Part shown: in pieces, positions 28,512 to 42,070 of the stretch | Position numbering within the stretch: position 1 is the stretch's first letter | Layout of the letters: every line of letters begins with the position of its first letter | Assembly: GCF_006345805.1 (NCBI RefSeq) | Contig: NC_043000.1 | Location: forward strand, 160,146,001 to 160,210,000 | DNA from: Octopus sinensis | Lineage: Eukaryota | Length of the DNA: 64,000 nucleotides | Reading direction: 5' to 3' | Notes under the pieces: model-generated | The model's database searches: none | What the model was told of the DNA's origin: nothing | Seen by the model: only the letters and a program-made list of their open reading frames with translations | Made by a program: the position numbers and the translations under genes

Positions 28512-28735
28512 AGGCGCCGAGCTAGCAGAATCATTAGCATCCCGGACGAAATGCCTTGAACATTTCTTCCGCGTTTACGTTCTTAGTTCCAAAGTCGACT
28601 TAACCATTGATCATCTTAGAAAACTATAAAATATGTACCAGTTGACACTGGAGTCGATGCAATGGACTTAGCCCATTCTCCGATATCACTGATCTTGTAA
28701 TAATAATGAAGTTTTGTGCCAAAATTTGAAACTAA
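28512..28735 (+). mobile_element. SINE family A, diverged
   Basis: aaggcgccgagctagcagaatcattagc head. Confidence 0.8.
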
Positions 28736-29044
28736 CAATATTATGATTTTCGGTTATTATGATATTCGGTTCGAGAAACTCAGTGTTGTATTAAAACTTA
28801 CCAGCAAGCAGACCTTTTTAGAGGTGAAGTTTCAATCTGCTGTACATTTACATTTTTCGCGTAGTTACTTGTAACATGGGACTTTTAATCGAAATAGCAA
28901 CCAAAACGTCATCTAATTATCCCTAAAGGAAATAGGTGTACATTAATGATATATCGTTAGATAAGTATGACAGGATGAAAGTATAAGTCATTCCTTTGAT
29001 CATAAGTATCCTTAAGGGGCACCGAACTGGCACTGATCAATAAC

Positions 29045-29300
29045 TTATCATTTATCTTTTACATTTTAGTCACTAGACTGTGACGATACTAGAGTAGTTC
29101 CTTGAAGAATTCTATCGAAGGAATCGACCTCAGAACTTATATTTTACAAGCTTGGTGTAAATTCTATCGGTCTCCTCGGCGAAACCACTGGCTTACGAGG
29201 ACATAAACACACCAACAAAGTTCGTCATGCGGTTTTGGGGCCAAACACAGAGAAGAAGACATACACACTAATACATGTACATACATATATACATATACTC

Positions 29301-29358
<58 letters not shown>

Positions 29359-29438
29359 TATACTCATATACATATATATATATACATACATACATGCATA
29401 CATACATACATACATACATACATACATACATACATACA

Positions 29439-29469
<31 letters not shown>

Positions 29470-29685
29470 GCACACACTCACACACACCATACACATACAT
29501 ATACACACTCACATGCATATGCGTTCCAGACTTCTTTCAGTTTCTGCCCCCCAAATCCATTCACAAGGCCCTGGTCGGCCCGTTGTCATAGTGGAAGAGA
29601 CATGCCCAGAGTGGCATGCAATGGGAGTGAACACGAAAGCATGTTGTTGGGATGCAAAATTACTACCACACAGCTGTGCTGGCGT
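29045..29685 (-). mobile_element. SINE family B with about 260 bp of expanded internal (TA)/(CATA) repeat
   Basis: Tail at 29045-29260 and head at 29520-29685 match the reference copy. Confidence 0.8.
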
Positions 29686-31888
29686 CTTGTGATTTCCATA
29701 TTTTTGGTTAACAGCAAAATAGAAAAAGATGGCATTCCTCAGGCTTACATTCTCTTGACACGTTAGATAAAGAGATGAAATCCGTTAGGATTCATTTCGT
29801 TTTGATTAAATATTAATGCATAATAACTTACAGAAATATCATTCTGGATTTTGAATAAATAAAAAAAAAAGCGTATCTGCAAATTAATCTCTGAACGTAA
29901 ATGACATTGCCCTCCACTGCGGTATATTGATTAAATTAACAAACCTCATAGTTAATAATAGATCTTTAATATCTTTTAGCTCCAAGGAATACAGTATAGA
30001 AACAGAATGGTTATTTTAGGTAGCTAGTTGTGTGTTGGGTAATTAACTGCATTTTGCTATGCAGCTAAGTGTGTACTGGTTAAGTACGTCGTATATAAAT
30101 AGGTGGAGAGCAGAGAGGAGCAAGTCAAGCCAGCGGTTCGTTACCTCTCACCGACGCTGTGTTGTATTGATGAGACACGATCTTTAACTTTCAGCAGTCG
30201 AGCTGATTAATCTCTTAATCAGTCATAGGATAATATAGTCTCCTGCTATAAGCAGCGCTCGCACTGTAGAATTAGTGACTTCACCGATTCCTGGTTTGAC
30301 AGCGTCGTATTTACCTTTCACGTGATCAATGTTATCTGCGATACACAACCACCTTCTCATTAAGAGGGATGTCTCTTTATCATTTAAGCTAAGCATCACG
30401 ATTCTAGTGATTCTTAACGAAATATAATTAGATTTCAGGGTTTCGTGGAGTGACAGAAATTTTCTGGAAAGTAAATCTATGTAGAAGCGAAGCTATAAAG
30501 CGCGTTTGCGTCAGTAAGCGAATTTGTAACGTGCGTTGGCGTACTGAATGCGGCATTGTCCTATTCTTGTGGTCTCCAGCTGCGGTTGCAAGGCTGTTAC
30601 TAGGATGAATAAAATTTCAGTAGTAACCCGGCGAAATATGAAGGATTACTAGCAATTTGAAATTTATTTTTATTTACTTATATTACTTAACTTTCAGAGG
30701 TGTACAAGTAAATTAATAATAATTTACTCTTTGCAAATACGGTAAACTTTTGTTCTTTATTAAGTAGCGCAGTTCGTATGAGACCGTTTAAATCTACGTT
30801 GCTAATGTTGCTCATACTGAGAAAATCAAATGCAAAAAAGATTCTATAATGTTTGATGTTGAGTGGAGTAGGAATGACAATTTGGGTGATGAGAGCAAAA
30901 GAGGTGAATAAGACAAAGGTATTAAAGTATAGACAGTGAAACAATCTGTCAGCTACACGGGGCGGCGCTTCTTCATAAGTTGTAAATACATCAGTATCAT
31001 TGAAATCAATACTAATGCGTTTAGTTTTTCAAAAAATTAAAAATAAACTCTTCCGTAAATGTGCAATATTCTCAAAGTTATTAGTCTTAACATCCATTCG
31101 TAAAACACTAATGATTAAGAAATGTTATGCTATTTCTGCTATCTATTACACTGTCTATGTTGTCATTGGTTCACGAAAGGCAAAAAACATCTTTCTGTTA
31201 GTAATTGATATTTAACAAGATTACTTCTGAACTGTTGAATATATTTTAGCCCATCCAATATCCAATTTGTCCGGAATATGTTCCCCTGGAATGAAATAAC
31301 CCGTCACTTTACCAACACTGAAGCGTAATTCGTTTAATTTTTTTCGTCCTGGGTAAGTGGATCCTTTAAACAGTTTCAAACCAGAGTATATCAATCAATG
31401 CTCGCCTTTCGAAAGTAATTCAAACTTAGATCCAATTGAAACCTATGTGCAAATGCACTAAATGTGATAAATATGATTCTATATGAATATATATATTTTA
31501 ATACTCTTACTTACAACATTATATATTTAATCCTGGCGTGACCAAGCTTTACACACAACGGCAAACGTAACCTGTGATATTATAACGAGAAAAAATTTCG
31601 TTCACATAGGGCTGTGAATGATCGACTTGGCGAAAAGAAACGATGCAGAAACGTATGCGTCTTACGAGCAAGTGATGTCATTCAAAACCCAAGATTTGTT
31701 TTCAGGCACCTTTCTAAGAAGAAGCTCTTACCCTGGGAATCCCGTGTCTACAAACGCAGCTACGGTCGCCTCACGTCCGAATGCACTCGAACCTATAAAA
31801 AATGACTTTTCACAAACACACATACATACAAGCAAGCACACTTATGTACAGATACATATACTTTCCACACATAAATACATACATACAC

Positions 31889-31945
<57 letters not shown>

Positions 31946-32940
31946 TAAATTTATAAATAAGGATAATATCGATATTATCAAGTGGCCAGCATGGGAATAA
32001 ATACCATACAAAGGTAATAATTTTTTTTACAACTAAAAATAAGGGTGTCTGAGAGACACCACCATGCCGAAATAGCAGTCAAATCCCTGACTCTAAAAAA
32101 CACCTTAAATGTTCATATCGCACCATGAGATAAGACATGTATATGAATGCATGTGTGTGTATGTATTCTTTTATTATTGTATTCCTTTATTTGTTTCAGT
32201 AATTAGACTGCAACCATGATGGTCTTAATATTGAGGGAACAGCTAAATGAGACTCTAACGTTGTGCCTGTTGAAAATGGACCCGTAACTATAGGATCTAG
32301 TGAAATGCTTATTTATTAATTTAAGGAATATTCTACCCATGGGCATTTATAGGTTAAGGGAGAAAGGGGAACCAACAAAATGGTATTTCTAAAATTTATT
32401 GCGGTTAGACATTGGTCATAAACTGATGAATCAGACATTAGTAGTGGATTTTAGTCTAAAACTTTTGAGTTATTGATGTATTTCACGTTGTTTTAATTCC
32501 TGGGCGTTGATTGTTGCAGATAGCTTTGGCTTGCATTCTCCTATTTTAATTCTTAAAAACGAATTTAAACATTTTCTTTTCTTTTGTCCTTAACTAATCC
32601 AATTTTTCAGTGTAGTTGGATTCTTGTCGCTGCGTTTGTTTTTTTATTAATATTTTTATTGATTTTTTTGGCTGCTGCTTTTATTGCTGTTGATGTTACT
32701 TTTAGAATTGTTGTTAGAAGAAGAATTAAAGTAGCGCACGAACAGTGTAAGGGTACATAATTATGTCTCTCCCGATTCTGAATTCAAAACTGCCCCACTT
32801 AATTTAGCATTTTCTCCTACATGGGTGCACATTATAAATGTTCTGTTAAGAATTGGAACCATTTGAACCAATTTCTTTACTCTCTCTGTGTGTGATCGAA
32901 TACTTTAAAATCCATCAATATTATTATTAGATGGATGGAT

Positions 32941-33316
32941 GGAAGCACTCCGTCGGTTACGACGACGAGGGTTCCGGTTGATCCGAATCAACGGAACAGC
33001 CTGCTCGTTAAATTAACGTGTAAGTGGCTGAACACTCCATAGACACGTGTACCCTTAACGTAGTTCTCGGGGATATTCAGCGTGACACAGAGAGTGACAA
33101 GGCCGGCCCTTTGAAATACAGGTACAACAGAAACAGGAAGAAAAAGTGAGAGAAAGTTGTGGTGAAAGCAGAGATCACCACCATCCCCTGCCGGAGCCTC
33201 GTGGAGCTTTAGGTGTTTTTGCTCAATAAACACATACAACGCCCGGTCTGGGAATCGAAACCGCGATCCTGCGACCGCGAATCCGCTGCCCTAACCACTA
33301 GGCCATTGCGCCTCCA
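32941..33316 (-). mobile_element. SINE family C
   Basis: Closely matches 61311-61694; tRNA-like head. Confidence 0.93.
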
Positions 33317-34161
33317 CATTATTAGATATAATAATACCAAATATATGTTTGAATGGTACTGTGACTCAGGGCAAGATTCCGAAGCAGCAACATAATTAAC
33401 CGGGTGATGTTTAGAATTCCTGTAATACCATTACTTCCAGGTGGCTTTAATTATACAGCTGAACTACCAGGAAAGTAAGTCAACCAGTAAATGTGAAGAT
33501 GATAGATCATGAGGTAATGGCAGTCAGTTGTTACATGATAGGAACAAGATAATGCAATGAAGTAAAAAAAAACAATCCAACACAAAAATGGTAGAAGAGA
33601 TAATGTGACACAGCGTCTAATAATGATAATAACATGATCTTTACTAAAATTGACTGCTTAGGTGAGATAATTAAAAAATAATGCATTATGAGGAAGGTAT
33701 GTGGTTTAATGTGCGGTATGATATATGATGTATTAACATACGTACTTTTCTCACTGAGTGTATAATATGTTTTGTGCATGCATTTATATATTTGATGAGT
33801 ATGATACACATACATATATATGCATACATATATACACACACGTACACACATACGTACACACGCGTGCACGCACACAATAAAAAACAAACATATGTGTATA
33901 TGATGACTGCCCACGCGTTAGACGAGCATGACCATGGCCAGAAAGCATTAAGTGTCAGCAACGCCAATGTAAGTGCTTAAAGGCAAGTGGGTTATGCACA
34001 ACATCACGATGACTCACTAGCAATAACAAGTAGTACAGGTACAAGCAAATTGGAAGGTATCCTGCTCAGGTGTTTTTCATTCCCAATAGGCTTTAATGTT
34101 CCCTCAGACAGCAATCTGAGTGTTTATACATACATGCATACATACATACATACATATATAT

Positions 34162-34391
34162 ATTTCTTTACTACCCACAAGGGGCTAAACACAGAGGGGA
34201 CAAACAAGGACAGACAAACGGATTAAGTCGATTACATCGACCCCAGTGCGTAACTGGTACTTAATTTATCGACACCGAAATGATGAAAGGCAAAGTTGAC
34301 CTTGGCGGAATTTGAACTCGGAACATAACGACAGACGAAATACAGCTACGCATTTCGCCCAGCGAGCTAACGTTTCTGCCAGCTCGCCGCC
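34162..34391 (-). mobile_element. SINE family A
   Basis: Matches 20541-20768. Confidence 0.92.
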
Positions 34392-34745
34392 CTAACATAC
34401 ATACATATATACATACATACATACGTGTATGCATGCATGCATGTATACATACATACATACATACATTTGCAGGAGTATGTGGAGATGTGTGCAGGAAGGG
34501 TATTTGACGAAACGACACTTGTTCAATTTAATTAAACAAACTTCTCGTGTTGCAGATGATATATAGATATGCCAGAAATTACAATTACTCACATTCTTCT
34601 AGTGCATCGGTAAACCTGCCCAGTAAACTTTTATGGCGTACCTGTCTTTCTTTCTCTCTCCATTTAGATATATATACACACACGCACGCATGTATATATA
34701 TATATATATATATATATAGATGTATATATACATATAAATATATAT

Positions 34746-34968
34746 ACTCTTTTACTCTTTTACTTGTTTCAGTCATTTGACTGTGGCCATGCTGGAGCAC
34801 CGCCTTTAATCGAGCAACTCGACCCCGAGACTTATTCTTTTGTAAGCCCAGTACTTATTCTATCGGTCTCTTTTGCCGAACCGCTAAGTAACGGGAACAT
34901 AAACACACCAGCATCGGTTGTCAAGCAATGCTAGGGGGACAAATACAGACACACAAACACACACACGC
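34746..34968 (-). mobile_element. SINE family B tail half (head at 38141-38304), split by a LINE
   Basis: Joining the two halves across (TA)n reproduces the 4821-5231 copy. Confidence 0.92.
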
Positions 34969-34993
34969 ATATATATATATATATATATATATA

Positions 34994-37900
34994 CAGACAG
35001 CCCAGCAGACCGAATATCCAGTCAGCACAGTCCCAGCAACTACAACAGTCTTGCCAACAATAGGGCAGATGTATCCGGTACAACAAGCATAATAACAGCA
35101 AATATCCAGGGTCTTTATCCGAAAACAAAACAGTGTAAAGTCCCTTTCTTGGAAGAATTAGCAACAGAAAACAACTCCAAAATAATTGGAATTACTGAAA
35201 GTCATCTCAACGAAAACATCCGCAACAGCGAAATCACAATCAATAGATTCAACATCTTCAGATGTGATAGACAAGGCAGATCCCATGGGGGCGTTATCAT
35301 GTATATCCATGATACCTATGCATGCATAGAACTTGTCAATGAATCAAATGCCTACTGCAACCTGCTGTGCATAAAAATCATCCAACTTAATACAGTTGTA
35401 ACAATAATGTACAGACCGCCAAACAGCCCAACATTATCCTTCACTGAGCCACTGACGAAGCTCCAACAAATTCTGGGAAACATGGCAAGTCCAATGCCAG
35501 ACATTATCCTCCTTGGTGACTTCAACTTCCCTAACATCATCTGGCCACATGGACACATACTAAAACTGGGGACAAAAGCTGAACAAATACAGGCAGCCAA
35601 ACTGTTGGAAGTCACAGAGAAATTATACCTCAAACAAATGATGACAGAAGCAACAAGAAATAATAATACGATCGACTTGGTTTTCACCAACAACGAGGAC
35701 ACGCTATTTGACCTTCACTCAACCCCAACAATCCTTTCAGACCACAATATTATTGAAATGCATTTACACATTGGTAATGAGCCCAATGCCACAACTCTTA
35801 AACAAAAGGACATGCCAAAGCTATGCAGGTATGATTATCACCAGGCAAATTGGGAAACTATTAACAACCAGTTACAAATCATTGACTGGGATCTCTACCT
35901 TACTGGGCCAGATAAACACAAGAAATTCTTAAACAAGATCGAAGAAATATGTGAAAAAAATGTTCCTCTAAAGAAAACCAAGTCCACAAAAAAACCTGTA
36001 CCACGGGAGCGAAAGATCCTGATGCGCAAAAGGTCAAGACTAAGAAACAAAACATCTAAGCTGACATCAAAACATGAATTACAGAAAGTCCTTGACCAAA
36101 TATACAGATTAGAAGACAATCTAAAACAACACTATGATGAAGAACGTAGCAATGCAGAAAAGAAAGCCATAGAAAACATCAAGAAAAATCCAAAATGTTT
36201 CTACAGTTTTGCAAAGAAATACTCGAACACCAAGTCAACAATAGGACCTCTCCAGAGACAAAATGGGGATGTAGTGAATAACCCTATTGAAATGGCAGAA
36301 ATGTTGGGTCAACAGTATGAAAGTGTCTTCAGTGAGCCATCTAAAACCATGAAGATCCATGACCCAGGAAAATTCTTCAAGGATATCGACCATACTAAAC
36401 CTACCCTATCCGACATTGATTTCAACCCAGAAGACATAGCAAGAGCAATAGACAAGCTCTCCATGCACTCGGCTGCGGGGCCTGACGGTTTCAATGCCAT
36501 GATACTTAAAAACTGCAAGGCACAATTGTCGAAACCCCTTTACATGATATGGAGGGAATCTATGGAGAATGGCAAAATACCAAATACATATAAAGAAGCA
36601 CACATAACTCCAATACATAAAGGGGATAGCAAATCAAAACCAAAGAACTACCGACCAATCTCACTGACATCACACATTATCAAGGTCTTCGAAAGAATAG
36701 TTCGTGGAAAACTGGTTGAGTTCCTGGAATCCAACAATCTGATGAATTGCAACCAGCATGGATTCAGGTTAGGTAGATCATGCCTTTCCCAACTACTGGC
36801 ACACCATGACCAAATCCTAGAAAATCTAGAGAATGGATACAACACAGATGTTATCTACCTCGACTTTGCCAAGGCATTTGACAAGGTAGATCATGGCATC
36901 CTGGGTCACAAACTTCGAAAGCTAGGAGTAGGAGGAAAAGTTGGTACATGGATAAACGAGTTCCTTACAAATAGAACTCAAACAGTCACTGTGAATGGAA
37001 CCCATTCAACACCATCACCTGTGACCAGCAGTGTTCCTCAGGGTACAGTACTCGGCCCAATCCTGTTTCTCATCCTCATCTCTGACATAGATGAAGATAC
37101 AACCAGCAACGTCTCATCCTTTGCTGATGACACCAGGGTCATGAGACAAATCAAAGACGAGGTGGATACAGAGGCCTTACAAAAGGACCTGACCACCATA
37201 TATAAATGGCAGGAAACAAACAACATGTTGTTCAATGATAAGAAGTTTGAACTAATTCGCTACGGAACAGATCAAGATCTGAAAAATACAACAAACTACA
37301 GAAACCCATCAGGACAACAAATAATGGAAAAACAGTATGTGAAAGATTTAGGCATCCACATGGGAACCAACCTAAAATTCAGAGAACACCTTGACTCAGT
37401 CTGTCTTACTGCAAGAAAGTACAGCGGGTGGATCTTGCGCACCTTCAAATCAAGAGATACCTCAACAATGAAAACCCTCTGGAACAGTATGATACTTCCG
37501 AGGATTGACTACTGTTCTCAGTTGTGGTCACCAACAACAAAGGGCCAACTATCTAAGATAGAATCGCTCCAAAGAAATTTTACCTCATACTTCTCAGAAA
37601 CGAGGGACCTGGACTATTGGCAAAGACTCAAAACCTTGAGGATGTACTCAATAGAAAGAAGATTTGAGCGATACCGAATTATATACATTTGGAAAATGAT
37701 AGAGCAGAAGGTGCCAAACTTTGGTATCAAAACCTACCACTCACTGCGCCACGGAAGACGCTGCCAGCTGCCACCAATCAACAAAAAGGCTGGCCAGGCA
37801 GCAAAAACCCTGCGAGAATCAAGTCTGCTGGTTCGAGGAGCACAACTGTTCAACTCCATTCCGGTACATGTCAGAAATCTATCAGGATGCAGTGTGGAAT

Positions 37901-38079
37901 CATTCAAATTGCAACTGAATAGATACTTAAGCACCATTAGAGATGAACCCCATCTCCCAGGATATACACAACGAGCACAAACTGACTCAAACTCGCTCCT
38001 ACACATGTCAAATTTAAGCAGAGAATACAACCTGGCAACCACACCAGACTCTGAGGGTGGAGTCTTCGACTTGGCCTGA
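34994..38079 (+). CDS. LINE ORF2: APE endonuclease + reverse transcriptase, uninterrupted frame; no in-frame ATG before 35299
   Basis: TANIQGL, GITESHL, MYRPP, LGDFN, SDHN; NYRPISLTS, QHGFRLGRSC, YLDFAKAFD, VPQGTVLGP, FADD, DYCSQLWSP; no stop across about 1030 codons. Confidence 0.93.
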
Positions 38080-38105
38080 GCATGGACTCAAACCCAAATG
38101 AAATG

Positions 38106-38108
<3 letters not shown>
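34994..38108 (+). mobile_element. CR1-group LINE, family Z, lacking ORF1, with (AAATG)n-like tail
   Basis: Intact ORF2, very short 3' UTR, (TA)n on both sides. Confidence 0.95.
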
Positions 38109-38140
<32 letters not shown>

Positions 38141-38141
<1 letters not shown>

Positions 38142-38304
38142 GACGGGCTTCTTTCAGTTTCCGTCTACCAAATCCACTCACAAGGCGTTGGTCGGCCCGA
38201 GGCTATAGTAGAAGACACTTGCCCAAGGTGCCACGCAGTGAGACTGAACCCGGAACCATGTGGTTGGTAAACAAGCTACTTACCACACAGCCACTCCTGC
38301 ACCT
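38141..38304 (-). mobile_element. SINE family B head half
   Basis: cgacgggcttctttcagtttccgtctacc...ccactcctgc matches 5067-5230. Confidence 0.92.
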
Positions 38305-38334
38305 ATATACACACACTCATATATACACACACTC

Positions 38335-38369
<35 letters not shown>

Positions 38370-38397
38370 ATATATATATATGTAATTAGGAGTATGC

Positions 38398-38557
38398 TTA
38401 GGAGTGACTGTGTGGTAAGTAGCTTGCTTACGAACCACATGGTTCCGGGTTCAGTCCCACTGCGTGGCACTTTGAGTATGTGTCTTCTACTATAACCTTG
38501 TGCTGACCAAACCTTTGTGAGTGGATATGGTAGACAGAAACTGAAAGAAGCTCATCG

Positions 38558-38604
<47 letters not shown>

Positions 38605-38781
38605 GTGTGTGTATGTGTCTGTATATGTTTGTGTGTCTGTGTTTGTCCCCCCATCATCGCTTGACAACCAATGCTGGTGTGTTTACATCCCTGTAACTTA
38701 GCGAACGCAATAGAAACCGATAGACTAAGTACAAGGCTCACTAAGAATAAGTCCTGGGGCCGATTTACTCGACTAATGGCG
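38398..38781 (+). mobile_element. SINE family B
   Basis: ggagtgactgtgtggtaagtagc head, internal (TA)(TG) tract, tail. Confidence 0.9.
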
Positions 38782-38810
38782 AGTATAAGTATGTACAATA
38801 TGAAGATATA

Positions 38811-38902
38811 TTCTTGGTCGGCCCGAGTCTATAGTAGAAGACACTAGCCCAAGGTGCCACGCTGCGGGACTGAACCCGGAACCATTTGGCCTGGTAAGCA
38901 AG
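38811..38902 (-). mobile_element. SINE family B head fragment
   Basis: ggtcggcccgag...gggactgaacccggaacc. Confidence 0.85.
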
Positions 38903-38919
38903 ATGCATATACATATATC

Positions 38920-38992
38920 ATCCAGCTGATGAAGACTAATCAGATTTAAGATGGCCAACTTATTTGAAGTGTCAGAAACCTAGGTACTGGAT
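38920..38992 (+). ncRNA. Type I hammerhead ribozyme candidate (6-bp stem I, extended stem II, palindromic stem III)
   Basis: AUCCAG-CUGAUGA-AGAC..GUCA-GAAAC-CUAG-GUA^-CUGGAU; predicted cut after 38986; A.A mismatch at 10.1/11.1. Confidence 0.75.
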
Positions 38993-39182
38993 TATCCGAT
39001 TCTGGGTTGTCCTTTTATACAATGTCCTTCCTAGAAGTAAGACAAATTTTCTTATGTTTGCTGCCTTCACACGCCTTTGCCAGTATATATACACATTAAA
39101 GCTTTACTATAGTGTCGTAAACGTATCGACTGCTATTTCCAGTAAATATTGGTGCTTTGTTTGTACCCCAACTCTCTCTCTC

Positions 39183-39226
<44 letters not shown>

Positions 39227-39233
39227 ATATATA

Positions 39234-39725
39234 CTGTAAATCCTCGAGTATAGTCCGCCCTTAAGGGGATTTTTAGGAGGTTGTACGTCTGAAAAGCCTA
39301 AACCTTGTGTATAATACGCACCCCATCTGTAACTTGAGTCGTGCGTAATTAAGCCAGCAGCATCTAGTCGAACAAACAGTCCCGCGCATGCGTAATACAA
39401 TAATAGTAATGTTATATGGGGATGTAAATATGTTTGCAAATTGTTTTTGTTTCATGTTATTCTGTGTTCTGAATAAATACTTTTATGTTAATAAATGTTG
39501 CTTACTCTGATTGTTTTATCACTTCATTGCTTTCAGGCTTAGCTTCAGGTATTTTCGAGTCCAACATCACAAAATGCGTCTGAATAAACATTGCCAGACA
39601 GCAAATAGAGACTCGGACATTGCTTAGAAAATATTTTTCAATTTTAACCTCGTATATAGTACGCACTAGGGATGTTGACCTTTAAATTTTGGGAAAAAAT
39701 GCGGATTATACTCGAGGATTTACGA
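39234..39725. mobile_element. Tc1/mariner-superfamily (pogo/Tc2-like) MITE
   Basis: TIRs ctgtaaatcctcgagtatagtccgc and gcggattatactcgaggatttacga; TA on both sides. Confidence 0.88.
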
Positions 39726-39789
39726 TATATACATATATATATATATATATATAATATATATATATATATTATATATATATTTTTTTTTT

Positions 39790-39838
39790 TTTTTCTCTAG
39801 TTTCAGCTCAGAGCTGCGGCCATGCTGATGCACCGCCG
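39790..39838 (-). mobile_element. Very short 3'-end fragment of LINE Y type; a similar fragment lies at about 46575-46610
   Basis: Reverse complement ggcggtgcatcagcatggccgcagctctgagctgaaactag matches 19234-19275. Confidence 0.75.
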
Positions 39839-39843
39839 TTATA

Positions 39844-39904
<61 letters not shown>

Positions 39905-40150
39905 CAATAATAAAGTTATTGTTTCTTATCAGGAGCAAAATGTTTAATAGGACTGTTATAGAAGTGCTCAATTAAATGAGGCAAATATATTAAACTGTCG
40001 TTGCAGAACAAACAAATACAAAGTCATTCACGTAACATTTCATATCTCGAACATTTAATCACATAATGCTTTTTCTTTCACATAGAATATAGATGCATAA
40101 AATAACGGAAGGAAGTCTCGCCCCGGTACGTGATGTGTGTTTCTTTATTT

Positions 40151-40232
40151 TTCCCCTGAAGAAGGAGTAATTATCGTGATGCACCCTCGTGCATTAAATA
40201 CGGTGATCAACCCCTGAACTGGCCATAGGGAA
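40151..40232 (+). ncRNA. Degenerate type I hammerhead candidate with long stem II
   Basis: UUCCC-CUGAAGA-hairpin-GAAC-UGGCCA-UA-GGGAA; one A and one G are missing from the core. Confidence 0.5.
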
Positions 40233-40701
40233 TGTAAATATGGTTTCTTCTTTTTCGCTTGGACACTGGCTTTTATCTTGAAAAGTAATTTTTAATCGAA
40301 AAAATTTCTAAACGATGAACTTTTATCTTACCTTATATATTATTTATTTATATGTTTCCTATATATATGTATTTTTATATCTTTTTATATATCTATATAT
40401 TCATATATTTCTTTATATTTATATTTCTATGTATTTATTATTCTAGATGTTGTAATGTTAAAAAATATATAGATTTTAGTCGCTAAAGTATTAATCGTTA
40501 ACTTTTAACCGCGATGGACTGTATTCACACATTTTTCTTATATTTTTCTTATATGCTTGTATTGATGGGTTGTGTTTCATCTTCCGTGATTTTATGCATC
40601 TATATTCTATGTGAAAGAAAAAGCATTATGTGATTAAATGTTCGAGATAGGAAATGTTACGTGAATGACCTTGTATCTGTTTGTTCTGCGACCATAGTTT
40701 A

Positions 40702-40781
<80 letters not shown>

Positions 40782-41519
40782 ATGTATATATGTATATATG
40801 TATGTATGCCAGTGTGTGTATTTACACTTGTGCACAAACGGACTTATGACTTCTAACTTTTTATGTATATTCCTTCAAGCTATATCTTTGTAAATCACTA
40901 GAAAATGCAACTAAACCTATGTTTCCATGATCTAAAAGTAGGAAGTGGGGGAAGAGGCAAGTCTAGTTTTAAAAAGCATTCATTGAAAGGAAGTGTCACA
41001 TCTGGCCGTCCCTTCGACACATGGATACCCACAAACTCACACATACACAAATATATACATACATATATATGTGTGTGTATGTATTTATGTATGTATGTAT
41101 TTTATGTATGTATGTATGTATATACATATACATACATATATATATACATATATATATATATATTTATATATATATATACATATGTATATATATATATATA
41201 TACACGCACACACGCATACGTATAATTTTCTAACATTTCCACTTATCTTGGAGAAAAGAAACGAGTCTAAGTAAATGAAACGCGGTGCAGATTGTGTTTC
41301 ACAGCATCCTCTTGTGGCACGAGCCGCCACTTATACGTACATACACACTGCCACACATATTTGTGTTGTTCCATCTGTGTGTGTCTGTATCGTTGTCTCC
41401 ATACAACGATTTACTAATGTGTCTATTAATATTTCTATCTGCTACTCAAATAATGATGAATGGAATAAGAGACAAGCAATAAAGAATAGCGCTCTACTGT
41501 CTGATACTGGGAGAAAAAG

Positions 41520-41569
<50 letters not shown>

Positions 41570-41852
41570 TGAGACAGTGAGAGAAAGAGTGAGAAAGAGA
41601 GATGGCGAGAGAATTAGAAAGAGTTACAGAGTATGTAATATATAAATTGAAAGAAAGAAGTGGAAAGAGGGAGAATTGGGTGGGGAAAACAGACAAATGT
41701 GTTATAAAGTCATGGAAATTCTGAATGAGAGAAAGGGAGAGAGAGAGGGAAGGACCAAGAATATTACATATTTCAAGGTAAACACATTCTTGTTGCATAT
41801 ATGTAAATAGTGTGGAATTCGAAAAGTGAAGCGCACATTAGATACCTGAGCA

Positions 41853-42070
41853 GCGGTGAACTAGTATACTTGCCAGTTCATCGGCCAAAATGCTTAATGT
41901 AATTTCTTCCGGCTCTTTAAATTTCTTAGTTCAAAATTCTGCCGAGGTTGACTTTGCCTTTCATCATATCGAGGCCGAAAAAATAAATAGTAATCGAGCA
42001 CTGAAATCGGTATAATCACTTTATCTCCTCACATAAATTTGCTAGCCTTCTGCTAAAACTTGAAAAGTTT
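41853..42070 (+). mobile_element. SINE family A, old copy
   Basis: gttcaaaattctgccgaggttgactttgcctttcatc. Confidence 0.75.

Noticed and set aside
31614-31840. Two overlapping open frames of about 60-70 codons in unique sequence
   Set aside because: No motif recognised; one frame is extended only by microsatellite.
34918-34993. N-terminal extension of the 1053-aa ORF as a SINE-LINE fusion protein
   Set aside because: It starts at TTG inside the antisense SINE and crosses (CA)/(TA) repeats that cannot contain stops; openness is expected by chance.
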